A DNA stretch of 63,298 nt, counting the filler, from Guillardia theta CCMP2712 (taxonomy: Eukaryota > Protista > Cryptophyta), in the NCBI RefSeq assembly GCF_000315625.1. It is 7 parts of 7 records of this genome, joined end to end, with 100 filler letters (N's around TTAATTAATTAA, not from the genome) between each part and the next. Parts side by side here need not be neighbours in the genome. Positions count along the whole stretch, not along the records: positions 42,855 to 54,853 come from NW_005434518.1; positions 54,954 to 59,066 come from NW_005434144.1; positions 59,167 to 63,298 come from NW_005434146.1; 4 more parts are not named here. One strand, 5' to 3'. This document shows, in pieces, positions 48,611 through 61,200 of the stretch (the stretch's first letter is position 1; each line of letters starts with the position of its first letter). The notes beneath the pieces were generated by a model. It did no database searches, was not told the origin of the DNA, and saw only the letters and a program-made list of their open reading frames with translations. A program made the position numbers and the translations under genes.

Positions 48611-49559
48611 TTAGAGGCCGACGGAAGCGAGCCACTGGGAGAAGGTGACCTCGGTGGCGGCACGGAGCTTGAACGCAAGAGCTCCGTCCTTCTTAGCGAG
48701 GGCGAAGTCGGTGGCCTCGAGCTGGCGCTTGAACTTGGCGAACAAATCCTTAGCCTCCTGCAAAGAGCGTGAGCAAGAGAGTTAGGAGACAGCAGCGGGA
48801 GCCTGACCTGGGATCCAGAGGCCTCGTTGATGCGGATCATGGCCTTGCGGGTCTCGTACATTCCGAGGCGGAGGGCGGTGCGAGAGCGATCCCACTCGTT
48901 GTTGTTGATGTAGTCCTCGACGGACTGGAGGCGCTTCTTGCTGTCTCCGAGGATGCGCTCGTAGATTCCACGCTCAGTGTCGTTCATCTTGGACCAGATG
49001 CCGGGGCCGGTGAGGCCGTAGACGTCACCGAAGGGAGCGGACATGGCGCCAGCACCGAAGTAGCTCTGCTTGGGAGAGTCTCCGATGGAAGCAAAGGCAG
49101 CAGCGGGGGCGGCAACAACCGCGGCAGCAACTCCCTTGACCATGGCGCGACGGTCCATCTGCATGGTCACATCGCACGATCGGGTCCTGAGTCCCTGGAA
49201 GAGAAAGGTCAGAATCTTCTGGAAGCGTGACGAACGGCACATGGATATGGAACATCAGAAACCTAGAAGTCTGAACAGAACACACAAACAAGAATCATCA
49301 TGTAGCCACTGTCACTCCAACTTATCATCATTCCAGCAAGCGTTTTCACATATCATCTCCGCGCACAACATCACAAAACCCCGGGTCATGATCCCAGGAT
49401 CCGACCAACTTGCAGACTGCAGTGGAAAGCGCGGGAGCATCGAGTACGACAGGGGATCGCAGCTCGGATCCTGCTTACCTTGCCAGTGACGACGGGAGCA
49501 GGGGAGAACGCGGAGGCAGAGGCAGCGAGAGCAGCAACGATCGAGACGCGAGTGAACAT
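48611..49559 (-). CDS. psbQ: PsbQ-like (PsbQ') thylakoid lumen extrinsic PSII protein
   Basis: Signal ASASA-FSP, twin-arginine DRRAMV..AAAFA, and helix bundle YINNNEWDRSRTALRL...LFAKFKRQLEATDFA. Confidence 0.78.
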
Positions 49560-50269
49560 GGCGAGGCCGATCCGCAGGCGAGCTCAGGCTCTTCTTTATT
49601 AACCCGTCACAAGGCCCCCCACCCCCACCCAGCAGACTCCCCATACCCACCCCTCGCTGATAACCCCCTCCAGCAACCCCACCCCACCACTGAAATTCGA
49701 TTGTAATCCTGCTTACTACCCCTTGTTACCCCTCTCGGCACACAAAGTTTGCCTACCCTACCCTATTGACGATCGCACCCGTGGAAGATGCACCGGTACC
49801 GTTCTTCTTGATCCCTACCCACCCACCTCCCAATCTCTCTTTTGGCTTTGCAAAGAGTACCCCACCAATGGAGGCAGCGGCTGCGTCAACTTCTACCCTC
49901 TAGTGAGGAAGTTTTATATCAAAGGGACTAACACAAACCCCCCATGCCCTTTGCTGTCGCCCCGCTGTCAATTTTCCAGATTTTACTCAATATCAGGGGG
50001 TAAGAGATCACTTAGCTAATAATTTTGATTAATAAAATTAAGTGAAATTGAGAACCCACCCCTCCACCCACCCTCCCTACGACCAAACACCAACTCCAAA
50101 TCCTCACACTACCCCCTAAATCATCACAAAAATGCATAGACCCTAGGAGGGTCATCACCTCTCCCTGTTCTTCCGACTACCCCCACCTCCCCTACTCCAT
50201 CGGGTCTCTTCTACCCCCCACCCCCTTCCCCGCGTCATATAAATCTGAAACCTGTACCAACGCGACCCT

Positions 50270-50680
50270 CGAACCTCGTAACGTATGTAACGCTTTCAGC
50301 CTCAGGCGCCGTGTTGCAGTACGTTAGGGTCAGTAACCGTGCCGCCGGGCCCGAGTCCGTTCAGTGACTAAGTTACAGTGCGGCCTCTTCAGCGGCTCCG
50401 CGGCCGGGCCGGGCTCGCCGCCACATCAACAGCCATCAGTGAGTCAATGAGGGCTCCGACTCGGCCGGGCCCGGGGCTCAGTAACTGAGCCGGCCCCGGC
50501 ATCGGGGAGTCCGACGAGCGGCGGCCGCCGGGCCGGCGCCGCAGTGGCCCCGGAGTGCCGCAGTGCGGCACCGTCGGTGGGCCCGGATGCCCCCCGGATG
50601 ACCATCCGGGACAGTAGTAAGGCCGCCCCGGCCCGGCTGCCGGGCCCGCGGCAGCTGCGTGACTCAGGCCCAACCGACAC
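50270..50680. other. GC-rich palindrome-dense island between divergent genes
   Basis: Same word composition as the other islands; flanked by C-rich TACCC tracts. Confidence 0.65.
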
Positions 50681-52134
50681 AACTTTTGCTCAGCAGTGTT
50701 GAGAGATAGTACCCCTCCATTTGACCACTATAAGAGGGGTGATATGTCTCAGTGCAACCCCTTCCTATTATGCACACCTCAGTTCATGTACTCCACCCCC
50801 CTCCATAGACTACCCTACCTACAATTATCCATGAATTAATGAGTCAAAGAACCCCTACTTGAAGTACCCACCCAGGAACGTACCTCTGGATTATCCACCC
50901 CCTTTGTACTTTCTTTTTGTCCCCCACCCCTTCGCCTAACCACCCCTGACTGAGCAACCAAAATCTGCAGACCACCCCAGCAAAACCACCCCCACCCACC
51001 AAATCCATCAAAGTAAGGCAAAAGTATGACCCACCCCTTTTTGGACTACCCTCATCACCCCTGTCTGACAACCCACCCCTTCACTTAAAAATGTATCCCA
51101 CCCCATCCCATCCTGGCAGGTATATTTTTCCCAGACACCCTACCTTTCGACCTGAAGACTGCTCTGCACAATACCGGTACACACATAACCGGTGGTAAGC
51201 TAGTACTACCGGTACTCTTCCTAAACTTGTTTGCTGAGGACCCGTCTTCTCCTCTAATTGAGTACCCCACCTCTAGAATGTACCTTACTACCCAAGACTC
51301 ACATCAGACCCGCACCCCACTTTGACTACCCCCTACCCCCTGCAATTGTGTGGGGGGCCATCATGCCGGTGAGCGCGGAGGAGACTGGGATGGGCGGGGA
51401 GCGAGGGAGGGGAGGAGAGGAACATGGGGAAGAGGAGGAGGAGAGGGGATCATAGGAACGAGGAGGAGACGAGAAAGAGCGTGGCACTAAGAGGATCAGG
51501 GGACGAGAAAGTTGCGAAGAGGCATGTAGGGAACAGTGAAATGTGGAAGTCTCAAGGGCGAAGAGGGAGGATCGGATGAAAGTTGGGAAGCAGGATGGCA
51601 GATAGGCTGTGACCCCACAGACTGCAATGGAAAGGACAGGTCAGGCAGAGAGATAAGTGCAGAGAGAAAGGAAGGACACTTGTAAGGGAGATTGATGTAG
51701 GCGAGTTGCTGACTACGATGCTGACGAAGACGAGTGGGAGGAGGAGTTCAAGGAGGATGAGGTTGAAAGGATGTAGAGTACAAAGGCAATCGACATAGTT
51801 GGGAAGGGTGACAGACTAAAAGATGAGATGGATCAACAAACAGGTCAGGGATAGTATGTCCAGACAAGAGGGAGGGAGGTAGGGAGGGAGGGAGAGGTAT
51901 GGCATTACGGGTAAAGCGAATGCATCTGTATAGATACTTGAGATGACATGACATGACATGACATGACATGAGATATGGTGGTGGTGGTGATGATGATGAG
52001 GATGAGGATGAGGATGAGGATGATGATGAGGATGATGATGATGATGATGATGATGCGGCAACAATGTGAGATGCTGGGACGTGTGTGGCGTGCAGAAGGC
52101 AAACAAGCCTCAACCCCTCTCTGAACCTTCACCA

Positions 52135-52913
52135 GCAGCAGAACGAGGAAGATGAGAAGGGCTCAGGCTACATCCCTACGGTGATGCTAGGACCTGCTTC
52201 CATGGCGGCTGGGAGTGGCTGACATGGCGCGGCAGATCAAGGACATCACGCTGTTCGGGAGGAGAGTGTCGGGCGGGAGGACGATGGGGAGGGAGCAGAC
52301 ATTGCCTGCAAGGCTGTGATCGAGAAGCTCAAGGCCTGCCGGGAGAGGAACCCGACCAACCCCTCTGCCTGTGCTGAGGATGCGGACAATGTGATGGAGT
52401 GCCGAGGAAGCTTCTTGTGCCCGGGTCTGTCTCTCCTCCTCTTCGCCCACTCCTCCTTGTCCTTGTCCTCGTCGTCGGCCTCCCCCCTCCCCCCTCCTCC
52501 TCCTCCTCCTCGTTCGTCTCTTCCTCCTCGCCTGTCTCTCCTCCTCTGTTCCTCATAGGTGTCCTCCTCTTCCTCCTCCTAATTTTGCTGCCTGCCTCTT
52601 CGCCCCTTCAACACTCATTGCTCCCCCGCCTATGCCTCCCCGCGGTTTCTCCCTCCCCTCTCCTCCTCATTCGTTTCTCCTTCAGCTGTGGCAGCCGCTT
52701 GGGTGAAGTGCATGGAAGCCAAGGCCAATGGTTTTGTGTCCGAGTGCGACAGACAACGGGTAAGATGGGGCGACTGCATGTGCTCTTGGCGGGAGTGATG
52801 GAGGGAGAGTGAAGATGAAGTTGAGTGTTGACTTCAAGTGCATGGTTTGATTGTGATGGGATGGGTAGCATGCTCGGATTATGCTGCTCCTGCTCTTGCT
52901 CCTGCCCCTGTCT

Positions 52914-52973
<60 letters not shown>

Positions 52974-53090
52974 TTCTCTATCTCCTCCTCGTCATCCTCT
53001 CATTCTCCAGCTTCCTTCGAGTTCTCCTACTCATCTCAATGACCGCAGGAAGCTCTGAGCCACTGCATGGACTGCAACTCGACAGAGTGA
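52135..53090 (+). CDS. Protein with four CX9C motifs (CHCHD5/Mix14- or NDUFA8-like intermembrane-space protein); 5' exon uncertain, possibly 51362
   Basis: Spliced CKAVIEKLKAC, CAEDADNVMEC, CPAVAAAWVKC and CDRQREALSHC. Confidence 0.75.
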
Positions 53091-53374
53091 TACTCTAGCG
53101 ACAACCCACCCGCTCGAGGTCTTGTGATCGCAATAAATTTTTACTCAGAAACAGTTGACAAGGGTCGTTGTCGAATTTCCTTCCCCTACACTGTCCTCCT
53201 CCTCTTCCTCCCCTACCACCTCGTTGCAACGGCTCTTTCTTCATCGTCAATTTTTCTATCTCAGCAATATTTGAAACATGCAGCTTCTCCTTCCACTCTT
53301 CTTCTACTTCTCTCCTCCTCCTCCTCCTCCTCCTCCTCCTCCTTCTTCCATACTTCGGCGTCATCGAGCTTCCT

Positions 53375-54720
53375 CACACAAACGAGTCCTCGAGTCGCAC
53401 CTGACAGGAAACAGAGCAACCTGAAACCCTCGACGCTGCTCGTCGCATCCCATAGGAAGGGGTCACTGATTGTCATAAATTACATTGTTTGCCATGAATA
53501 AACATTAAAGTTCTGCTGCGAAGCCCAGACGCCTCCCTGCTAAGTCCAGACGAGCTCAACGGCTGAGAACGACTTGCGCTTTTCTCCTACATGTGCTGCT
53601 GTTGGCCATCACCCGCGGCCTGTCAGCAGCCCATGTCAGCCACCACCCACCGCGTCCTCAGCGTCACCCTCACCTGCTGCTCGTGCATGCGCTGGAGCCC
53701 CTGCAGCTGACGGAGGCTCTCGAGCTGCTCAAGGGGTCAGTCGCCATGAAGGAGGAGGAGGAAGAGGTCCTAGCCTGTTGGAGGGGAGGGAGCTCCGGCA
53801 TCAGCAGGCTCCGCGCCTGACCGTCCTGCTGAGTTCCGACTGGCGGGACTTTCATCCCAGGGAAACTCGCTGCTCCTTGCTGGAGAGCGAAGGCAGGGAC
53901 CTGCATGCCACCAGCCACATGCGGAAGGGCGTGCGCTGACCCGTTGGAAAAGGACGAGGAGACGTCGGCCTGCGGCATCATCCTCGCCATCTGCTCCTGC
54001 ACTGCCCCATGGTTGTGGAGGGAGAAGCCGGGGAGCTGCGCCGCTTGGAAGGAGCTCAGCTCGAAGCCTCCGCCAGCCCTCACATGCGAGTCCAGCATGC
54101 CAGGCTGCCCCTTCACCTCCATGTAGCTGCTGTTGCCCGCAAACTGAGCGCCCATCACCTGGGTCAACGGGAGGCCGCCCGGGGCCTGGGGGACGAAGTA
54201 CTGGCCCTGAGCATGAGGGACTTGAGGCGATCCCTTGACCTTGTGCTGCCCCCCTGAACTCTTGGAAGTTGAAGCCTTCTTGGGCTTGGGCTCCTTGGGC
54301 TCCTTGGGCTCCTTGGGCTCGTGCCCTGACTTGTCCGCCTTCGTCTTCGGGGAGGGCTTCGCTCCGGTGGAAGTTCGTTTCTTGGCTGGGGGCGCCTGAG
54401 TCTCCTCAGGAAGGTTGGCAGGAGGATCCATGCCAAGATGCTGCCACTTCTGCTTCTTCTCAGGGAGGCTGGAAGGGAGCACAGCAGAGTCAGAGCCATC
54501 CCGCCAGGTCGCACAGAACATGCATGGCTTACAGGTCGGTACAGAACTCAAGTTGGTCAGGGTACTCGGAGACACAGTGAGGAAAGTCGTTGTACTCGAG
54601 AACTCTCCTCTTGTCTCTGGCCTCCCGCAGAGCAAACGCCTTAGACGTGACCCAGCCGATGAAAGTCTCCGTGGCCTTGGTCATGAGGAACGCTGCGTCG
54701 TTGGACAAGGCGGCGACCCT
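53375..54720 (-). CDS. H2A-like histone-fold protein (DPB3/CHRAC1/NF-YC class) with a long low-complexity tail; 5' end in a gap
   Basis: LSNDAAFLMTKATETFIGW..DKRRVLEYNDF..VSEYPDQLEFCTDL. Confidence 0.8.
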
Positions 54721-54953
54721 GGGAGGAGACGTCAGACATAAGAGAGGGGGGAGGAGAGGGGAGACCAGATAGAATGGGAGAGAGAGAAACAAGAAGAAGG
54801 GGAGTCAGGGAGGGAGGGAGGGAGGGAGGGAGGGAGGGAGGGAGGGAGGGAGGNNNNNNNNNNNNNNNNNNNNNNNNNNNNNNNNNNNNNNNNNNNNTTA
54901 ATTAATTAANNNNNNNNNNNNNNNNNNNNNNNNNNNNNNNNNNNNNNNNNNNN

Positions 54954-57529
54954 GCGATCGAAGTCCTCGGGACGTACTTAATCAGGGGGACGACGTTGAC
55001 TGCGATATCAGCCTGGTCGGGAAGCCATAAGCGTACGATTTGAGCACACACACATCCCCATCCGTTTCACCATCTTGAAGTGCTCTGTCGACCGAGTTCT
55101 GCACCATCTGCACGTTCTGCGTGAACTGATTGTCTCCTGGACCGAGAGCTGACAAACTCAATGAGACAGTCTGACATGGATTAGCCGACACAGCATTTTT
55201 CAATACGATCGCAAACTTGATGTCCTGCTGTTGAGGGATGGAATAGAACATGTTGTTGGCTGTGTCATCCTGATTCACCGTCAAGACAGTTGTGCCTGCA
55301 GACCAGCTGGTAGTTCTGTGCAACGTTCCACCATTGATGACATCAATGAAGTGGGATGTGGGAGGATTCGATGGCGCTTCGAGTGTCATGGTGTCCCAGT
55401 TGAATGACGGGCAGGCTGTGATGATTGGCTGTGTGACAGTCTGTGAGCCTTGCAACCCTGACAGAGTGATTTGCGCCAAGTTGTTTTGTCCTGCACTGTT
55501 GGATTGCGTGGAGACCCTGTAGTTACTCCGGAGGGTGATGCAAATGTAGTTTGTGACATCAGGGCGAGTGGTTGTTTGTCCGATCTTGTACTTGATAAAG
55601 CCAGGTGCGGCGACGTATCCAACAGTGTTGCCCATGTTCTCCACGCTTTCTGCATTCACAACAGTAGAGCCCTTCGAAACTGTCACTGTCACAGGACATG
55701 CAGCATTGCCACTGTTAGAATTCTGCCAGTCCCACGACAAGACATACGTGTTGCGTGCAGTCATAATCGTTGACACAGTGATCTTCAGCGCTCCACCAAG
55801 CGACCAGTCCATTTTGGGACTTACGGCCTGCAAGGTCGGGTCACCAATATCAATCTCCGTAGGATTGCCAGCAGAAGAGCACATGTCCGTCAAAGGGATG
55901 CCACCGTTCAGTCGATTGCTCATCACAGTTATCTTTGGACTGTTGGTCTGGGTTCCACAGAGGCCTTGAAGACTGATCACAGACCCAGAATCGACATTGA
56001 AGTTTGGTGTCATAGTAACAAACACGTGCGTAAGCGATCCGGGATCACTGGAACTCTGAAAGATCGACGTCCTCAGCTTGTTGCCGACCACCTCGATGAT
56101 CTTGGAAGACGGTGAGACATCATTGCTCATCTGAGCAGACACGGAAGTTGAAGATGTGCAGAGGTCGTTGTTTTGGCAAATCTGTCCAGACAAGACAGCT
56201 TTGAGACTCTGGGAAGCTTGAGTATTGGATCCAGTCTTGAGTTTGAACGTGAAGGTTACCACCTCTCCAGCCTGAATGTAGTTGCCAGGTACAAGCTCGA
56301 ATGACATGGTTCCAGCAGAGTCGAAATAAGCTTGATTCAAAACCTTGTTGGTCCCTGTTGATCGGAACTTGGCAGTACGAATGCGTTCGGTGTGCCAGCC
56401 TCGCACTGGCATTTGGACTGGTAGAGGTCAATGTTGCCACTCGTGTTGCTGAGCCCGACAGTCCCGGTGAGTGAAACTGAGTTGGGTTCACGGAAACAGA
56501 GTAGATTGTCGCCGAGCTGATCAATGTCACTGTGATGCAGACATCTTGACTGGGCCCGTCGTTGTTTCCAGCAGCGGCCGCATATACAAACGCCGGCGCT
56601 GCTACTGTGCCGACTCCACCTGCTCCTTTCTGCACAGGCATGGGAGGATGGTCGGTCCCAAACCTCACAGATCGGTACTGGTCGAAGGGAACTTGGTACA
56701 CCAGGTATTCACTTGTGCATGGAGTAGAAGGGAAGCTCGTGAGGTCTGATACAGCACACCCAAGAGAATTTCCCTCCGCTTGGTAAAAAGCAACGTTGGC
56801 GAGCTGATACCATTTCTCATCAATGCCACCTATCGGTGGCAATGGTCCAAGCCCGTTCTGCTTCCCGTTCACGTCGTAGTTCTGGTACATAGACACCTTG
56901 TTGATGTACACGCCGGTGATTTGAAGAGCTGTCGGCATGTAAAGTCGCAACGTTTCTCGCTGAGAGTCCCAGTAGCACATGGAGAACGCGTTTGCCTTGA
57001 TCTGCTTGAGATCAAAGGCATTGGAAGAAAGGTCTTGCACGATCCCATAGCATCCGGCTATCCCAGGCCCTGTGGCCGCCTGTTGTGATGAAACAGATGC
57101 CGAGGCAGCCCATGGCTTGTTGATCACCTCCGAGATGCTCACAGATGCAGATGGATTGTTGAGCCATTGTACAGTGCTCTCAGTGGTATCCGATCTGTAT
57201 GCTCCAAAGAGGTTGGAGCTTCCAGAGAACCTGGGGAGGAAGATCTCGATCACCGTGTTGGCTGACAGGATGTCCGAGCCCGACTTCCATGATCCCAAGG
57301 AACCCCAGTAGATCTTCATGTCGGTCGCCTTTAGATCAGTGACACCTCCTTCCAGCTGCAACTGAGCCATCTCGGCGACCGTGTACTTCACGCCTCCCGA
57401 TGTCACCACGGCTGCCAACGTCCTCCCAGCGAACAAGCTCAAAAGAAGCAAGGCTGCCTGCTCAAAAGTCTGTGAGAAGAAAAGGAAACGCAAGAAAACA
57501 ACTATCTCACCCCCCATTGGAGACAACAT
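54954..57529 (-). CDS. Large secreted or surface beta-rich repeat protein; frameshift near 56410-56480; 3' part in a gap
   Basis: Hydrophobic N-terminus and a recurring unit (I.QS...P...N.I.ITL..N....I.L.GL.G.QT...F...L.N) across ORFs 56120-57529 and 54982-56412. Confidence 0.7.
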
Positions 57530-58299
57530 GCCCGCGCACGCTGCATGCTCGCAAGCGTGGAGCTACCCCTGGCAACACCCTCACGTGTCCGAGGGACTTT
57601 ATCAAGCCCTCGCGGAGGGGAGAGGGTCGCAGGTCCACTTTGTACCACAAATATTTGCTCAAATCGAATTCTGGTACCACCTGAAGCGGGGCAACAATCA
57701 TGCCGATGCCGTTACATTGCTGGTGGTGGTGGGGTACTTCAAAAAACTAGCCGTTATGCAGCGAGTAGGTCCGTTCGTTCTGCGGTACCTCACTTCCCCC
57801 TGGTACCCCCTTTGCCGTCGGTGATTACCTGCACCTTACCATACCTGCATCACAGGTGGTGGGTGGTAACCCACCCAACTCAATCCCTTTTATGAGAGGA
57901 AGGGTTTTTTATCAGGTTTGCGTGATTTTCAAACAATGGTCTCTTAATGTTGAAATCATTAGCAAAATATGATTTGCACCATCCAATAAATTGCATTGGT
58001 CATGAAATTTGAATTTGCGTATCAAACGTTTAGTCAACACTTTTCAATACAACACCTCGCAGATATCTCAAAGTGTCTGACAGATGCAGGACAAGAGCAT
58101 AAGGTTTTGCCCAGCAGGGTGGACACGCGCGGCCCTTCTCATCATGATGCACACTGAGATGCAAGCGGCCTGAAACACTCATTGACTATCATCCTTGCGC
58201 GAATGAATATGTTGAATCGGAGGCCTACGACTGAAGTCATCTGGAAGGATCTCTAATCTGTACAATAACACGATCGAGACACCTGTCCTCGCCCGTCCG

Positions 58300-58770
58300 A
58301 GGCTTTTATCAGGCTTCGCACTGACTTACAGTGATGTCACTGAGCGTACTGAGCCTAGTCCCGGAACCACTGCCAAATAAGTCCGGGAGTAAATCCTGTA
58401 CTTGTCTGTACCCAGTACGGTACAACATGTCACACCCCGAAGCTGTACGGGTTGCAGATGTCTACAGCAAATGGCAGACAGCCTGGCAGTACGGTCTCAT
58501 GAATGATGATCCCGGGCTCTCCGCCGGCGGCGGGCCGGGGGGCCGGCGGCGGCCGGCCGGCGGGGGGACCCGGTATCGGACGACGGATCGCATGCCAGCC
58601 GTGCCAGTCAGATAGCGCCGAGTCAACCGGCCGTAAACCAACACGACTGGGCCATTACGTGTTTATCGAACTGGGGCGGCAATCATGGCATAGTACGCCG
58701 GTTTGACGAACTTCCGCCGGAAGCCTGAGGAGACGGTCTGGGCCTACTAAGCCGTCTTGCTAAGGTCCCG
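58300..58770. other. GC-rich palindrome-dense island
   Basis: Rich in GTAC, CCGG and GGCC; not credibly coding. Confidence 0.6.
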
Positions 58771-59166
58771 GCTCATTTCTGGATGCTTGGGTTTCACATC
58801 CTTGCATACAGTCTATCTCTCATGTGAAAGCTCCTCAATTCTGGTTCAATCGTGTGCATTAAACTTGGTCTTGACTCAGCAAAACCTGTCTTGTTGCACT
58901 GAGCCGCTGAGGTCGATCCAAGTAATGCGGCATTACTTTGGCATAGTACAAGTCTAACAAACTTGTGCTCCGTCATCACACCGCGGTTGAACGGTTTATC
59001 AGAGCCTGAAGCCTAGTAGAGAGACGGTCGGAGAGTTCGCCCCCCCCGGCGGGCCCGGGGCGGCCCNNNNNNNNNNNNNNNNNNNNNNNNNNNNNNNNNN
59101 NNNNNNNNNNTTAATTAATTAANNNNNNNNNNNNNNNNNNNNNNNNNNNNNNNNNNNNNNNNNNNN

Positions 59167-60005
59167 GGACGTTGGTCCTGGACTCCTGAAACGGCACTGG
59201 CCCACCGCGACGAGCAGAAACAGAAACGAAGGTGTCCCAAGCATCGTCTTGTGGTAATCGCCCCGTACCTCCAGCCGAAGGAATATCAGCATGTTGCAGG
59301 CCGCGTCGAGCGCTCCGAAGAAAACAAAGATCTGCAGCCCCCCCAAGCCTCATGTCAGCTCCTTGCTCCACCCCGACCTCCCGCCTGACTCACCTTGTTC
59401 ACCCACCGCACTCTGTTAAAGGCTGCTCCGATCCCCGCCATCAGCAGAGCAAGCGGAGGGAAGAACCAGCTCCGCAGCTCCAGACGCGCATCCCAGCCGC
59501 ACGACACGTTGCTGGGTATGGCGTGCGGCTCTAGGATGACATGCATCGAGCTGATTGATGGGAAGAAGAAGTCTTGCTGCCGGAGAGCTGCGACCTCGTA
59601 TATCCTCACCACCAGCCAAGGCACGGCCACGAGCAGAGCGATGAGCTGACCGGCTCTCGAGGACATGAAGGCGGTGATGGGCTCCCATGAGAAGACAGAC
59701 AGGAGAGGATCGTGACGGTAGACGTGCCTGTCCTTCAAGGCAAGGTCCATGAAGTTACCGGGCTGCTGGGTGTAGTTGCGCACAAACGCATCTAGGAAAG
59801 ACGCGTGGTTGACCTCGATGATGCTTGATTCTCTTCGACTGTTCGGCTGATTTTCTGCTTCTTGCGTTATGTCTATTGGCATTGGATGCTCGCGAGGTTC
59901 CTCTCGCGTCGAGGAAGTCACTTCGACGTAGGCATGCGGTCGCAGGACGTCCTCAGGGGAGAAGATAGTTTCCATCTCTTGCATTCCTAGGGCGCTGGGT
60001 TGCAA
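59167..60005 (-). CDS. Multi-TM protein, possible paralogue of the neighbouring TM-RelA gene; 3' part lost in a gap
   Basis: TM1, a loop, then FFPPLALLMAGIGAAFNRVRWVNK|IFVFFGALDA, resembling FVQPLVCVLAVVTARLGYRRVPK..FHVIGVFE. Intron 59332-59393. Confidence 0.5.
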
Positions 60006-61200
60006 GGGATCAGGAGGGATCAGCTAGAGGAAGGAGGTAACATGATCTAGGGAAAGGAGGTCGCGCCATTTTGGTTCTCGGTGCTGCCTGGGTACACTCA
60101 GGTTCTGACGCGAGCTGGCAGCCCGTCTCTGAGAGTGTCACTGGACGAGCAGCGCCGTCCTCTGCTCCGCCATGGTGCAAAAAATCGATTTTTGGGTGGC
60201 TACTAACCCCCTTGTTGAAGGGTTGCTGAGGTACCCCAATTAAAGTTTTTCACCCCTGGTTTAATCGTGTTTATGACCGGTATGCTAATGTATTGCACCG
60301 GTGGTCCATGTAGGCCCGTTTCAGGGAACTAGTTTTAAATACTAATAAATGGTTGTGGTACTACTGGAATCACTATGTAAATTACAATTTAAATCACTTT
60401 TAACATTGGTCCACAACACATGGATTGAATTCAAAAATGCAACCGCACCGACCTGTCTGACGGTTTACTATATCAATGCGTCATTGCGAGTAGTTCTTTC
60501 GTCATCTTTCGTCATTCATTAGTCGCAGAATAGATTCTTGTCTCATCAAGACGACTTCAGGACCAGGAGGAGGAGGAGGAGGAGGAGGAGAATTGAAAAT
60601 TGTCGAGTAAATCGAGAGTAATCAGATGCCCCGAGAACAATATCACTGATTTACAGAAAAGAAACGTGTGTTTCTCATCCAATTCATAGAGACTATGATT
60701 CGTTTTTTCACAGATGACAGCCTGGTATTTCTCAATAAAAAAACAAACAATCTTGTGTTCATCCTTGTATGTAACAATCAATCATTCAGTTTCACTGCAG
60801 ACCTTCTGACGGCACTCTCATGACGACTTACACGACATGATCTGTGATTTACCTTAAGTCTCCCATGCTCAAGTCATAGATGTTGATTAATGACGAGCAG
60901 ACAGAAAACCTGCTCTAACGTCTTCGAAAATGTCGAAGCCCGTCGGACATCACGTGAAAAATCGATCTCGTGTCTCATTTTGTGAAATGTGACTATGATG
61001 TTGATATAATCGGCTGCTTTTGATGAACCATTTAGATCTAGGCAATGAGATTGAAAGATGAGCATACTGCATTAAAAAATGGCTAGCGTTTGCGAAAGTT
61101 GGAACAAAATCAAACATCATACGAGAAAAAGTACCAATTACTGAAAAAAGTGGAACAAACCAATCGTGCATTCATTTGCAAATAAAAAATAGCACCTAAC

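Noticed and set aside
49613-51359. 10-bp inverted repeat GGCCCCCCAC/GTGGGGGGCC as transposon termini
   Set aside because: Low complexity, no target-site duplication and no transposase; likely chance in C-rich DNA.
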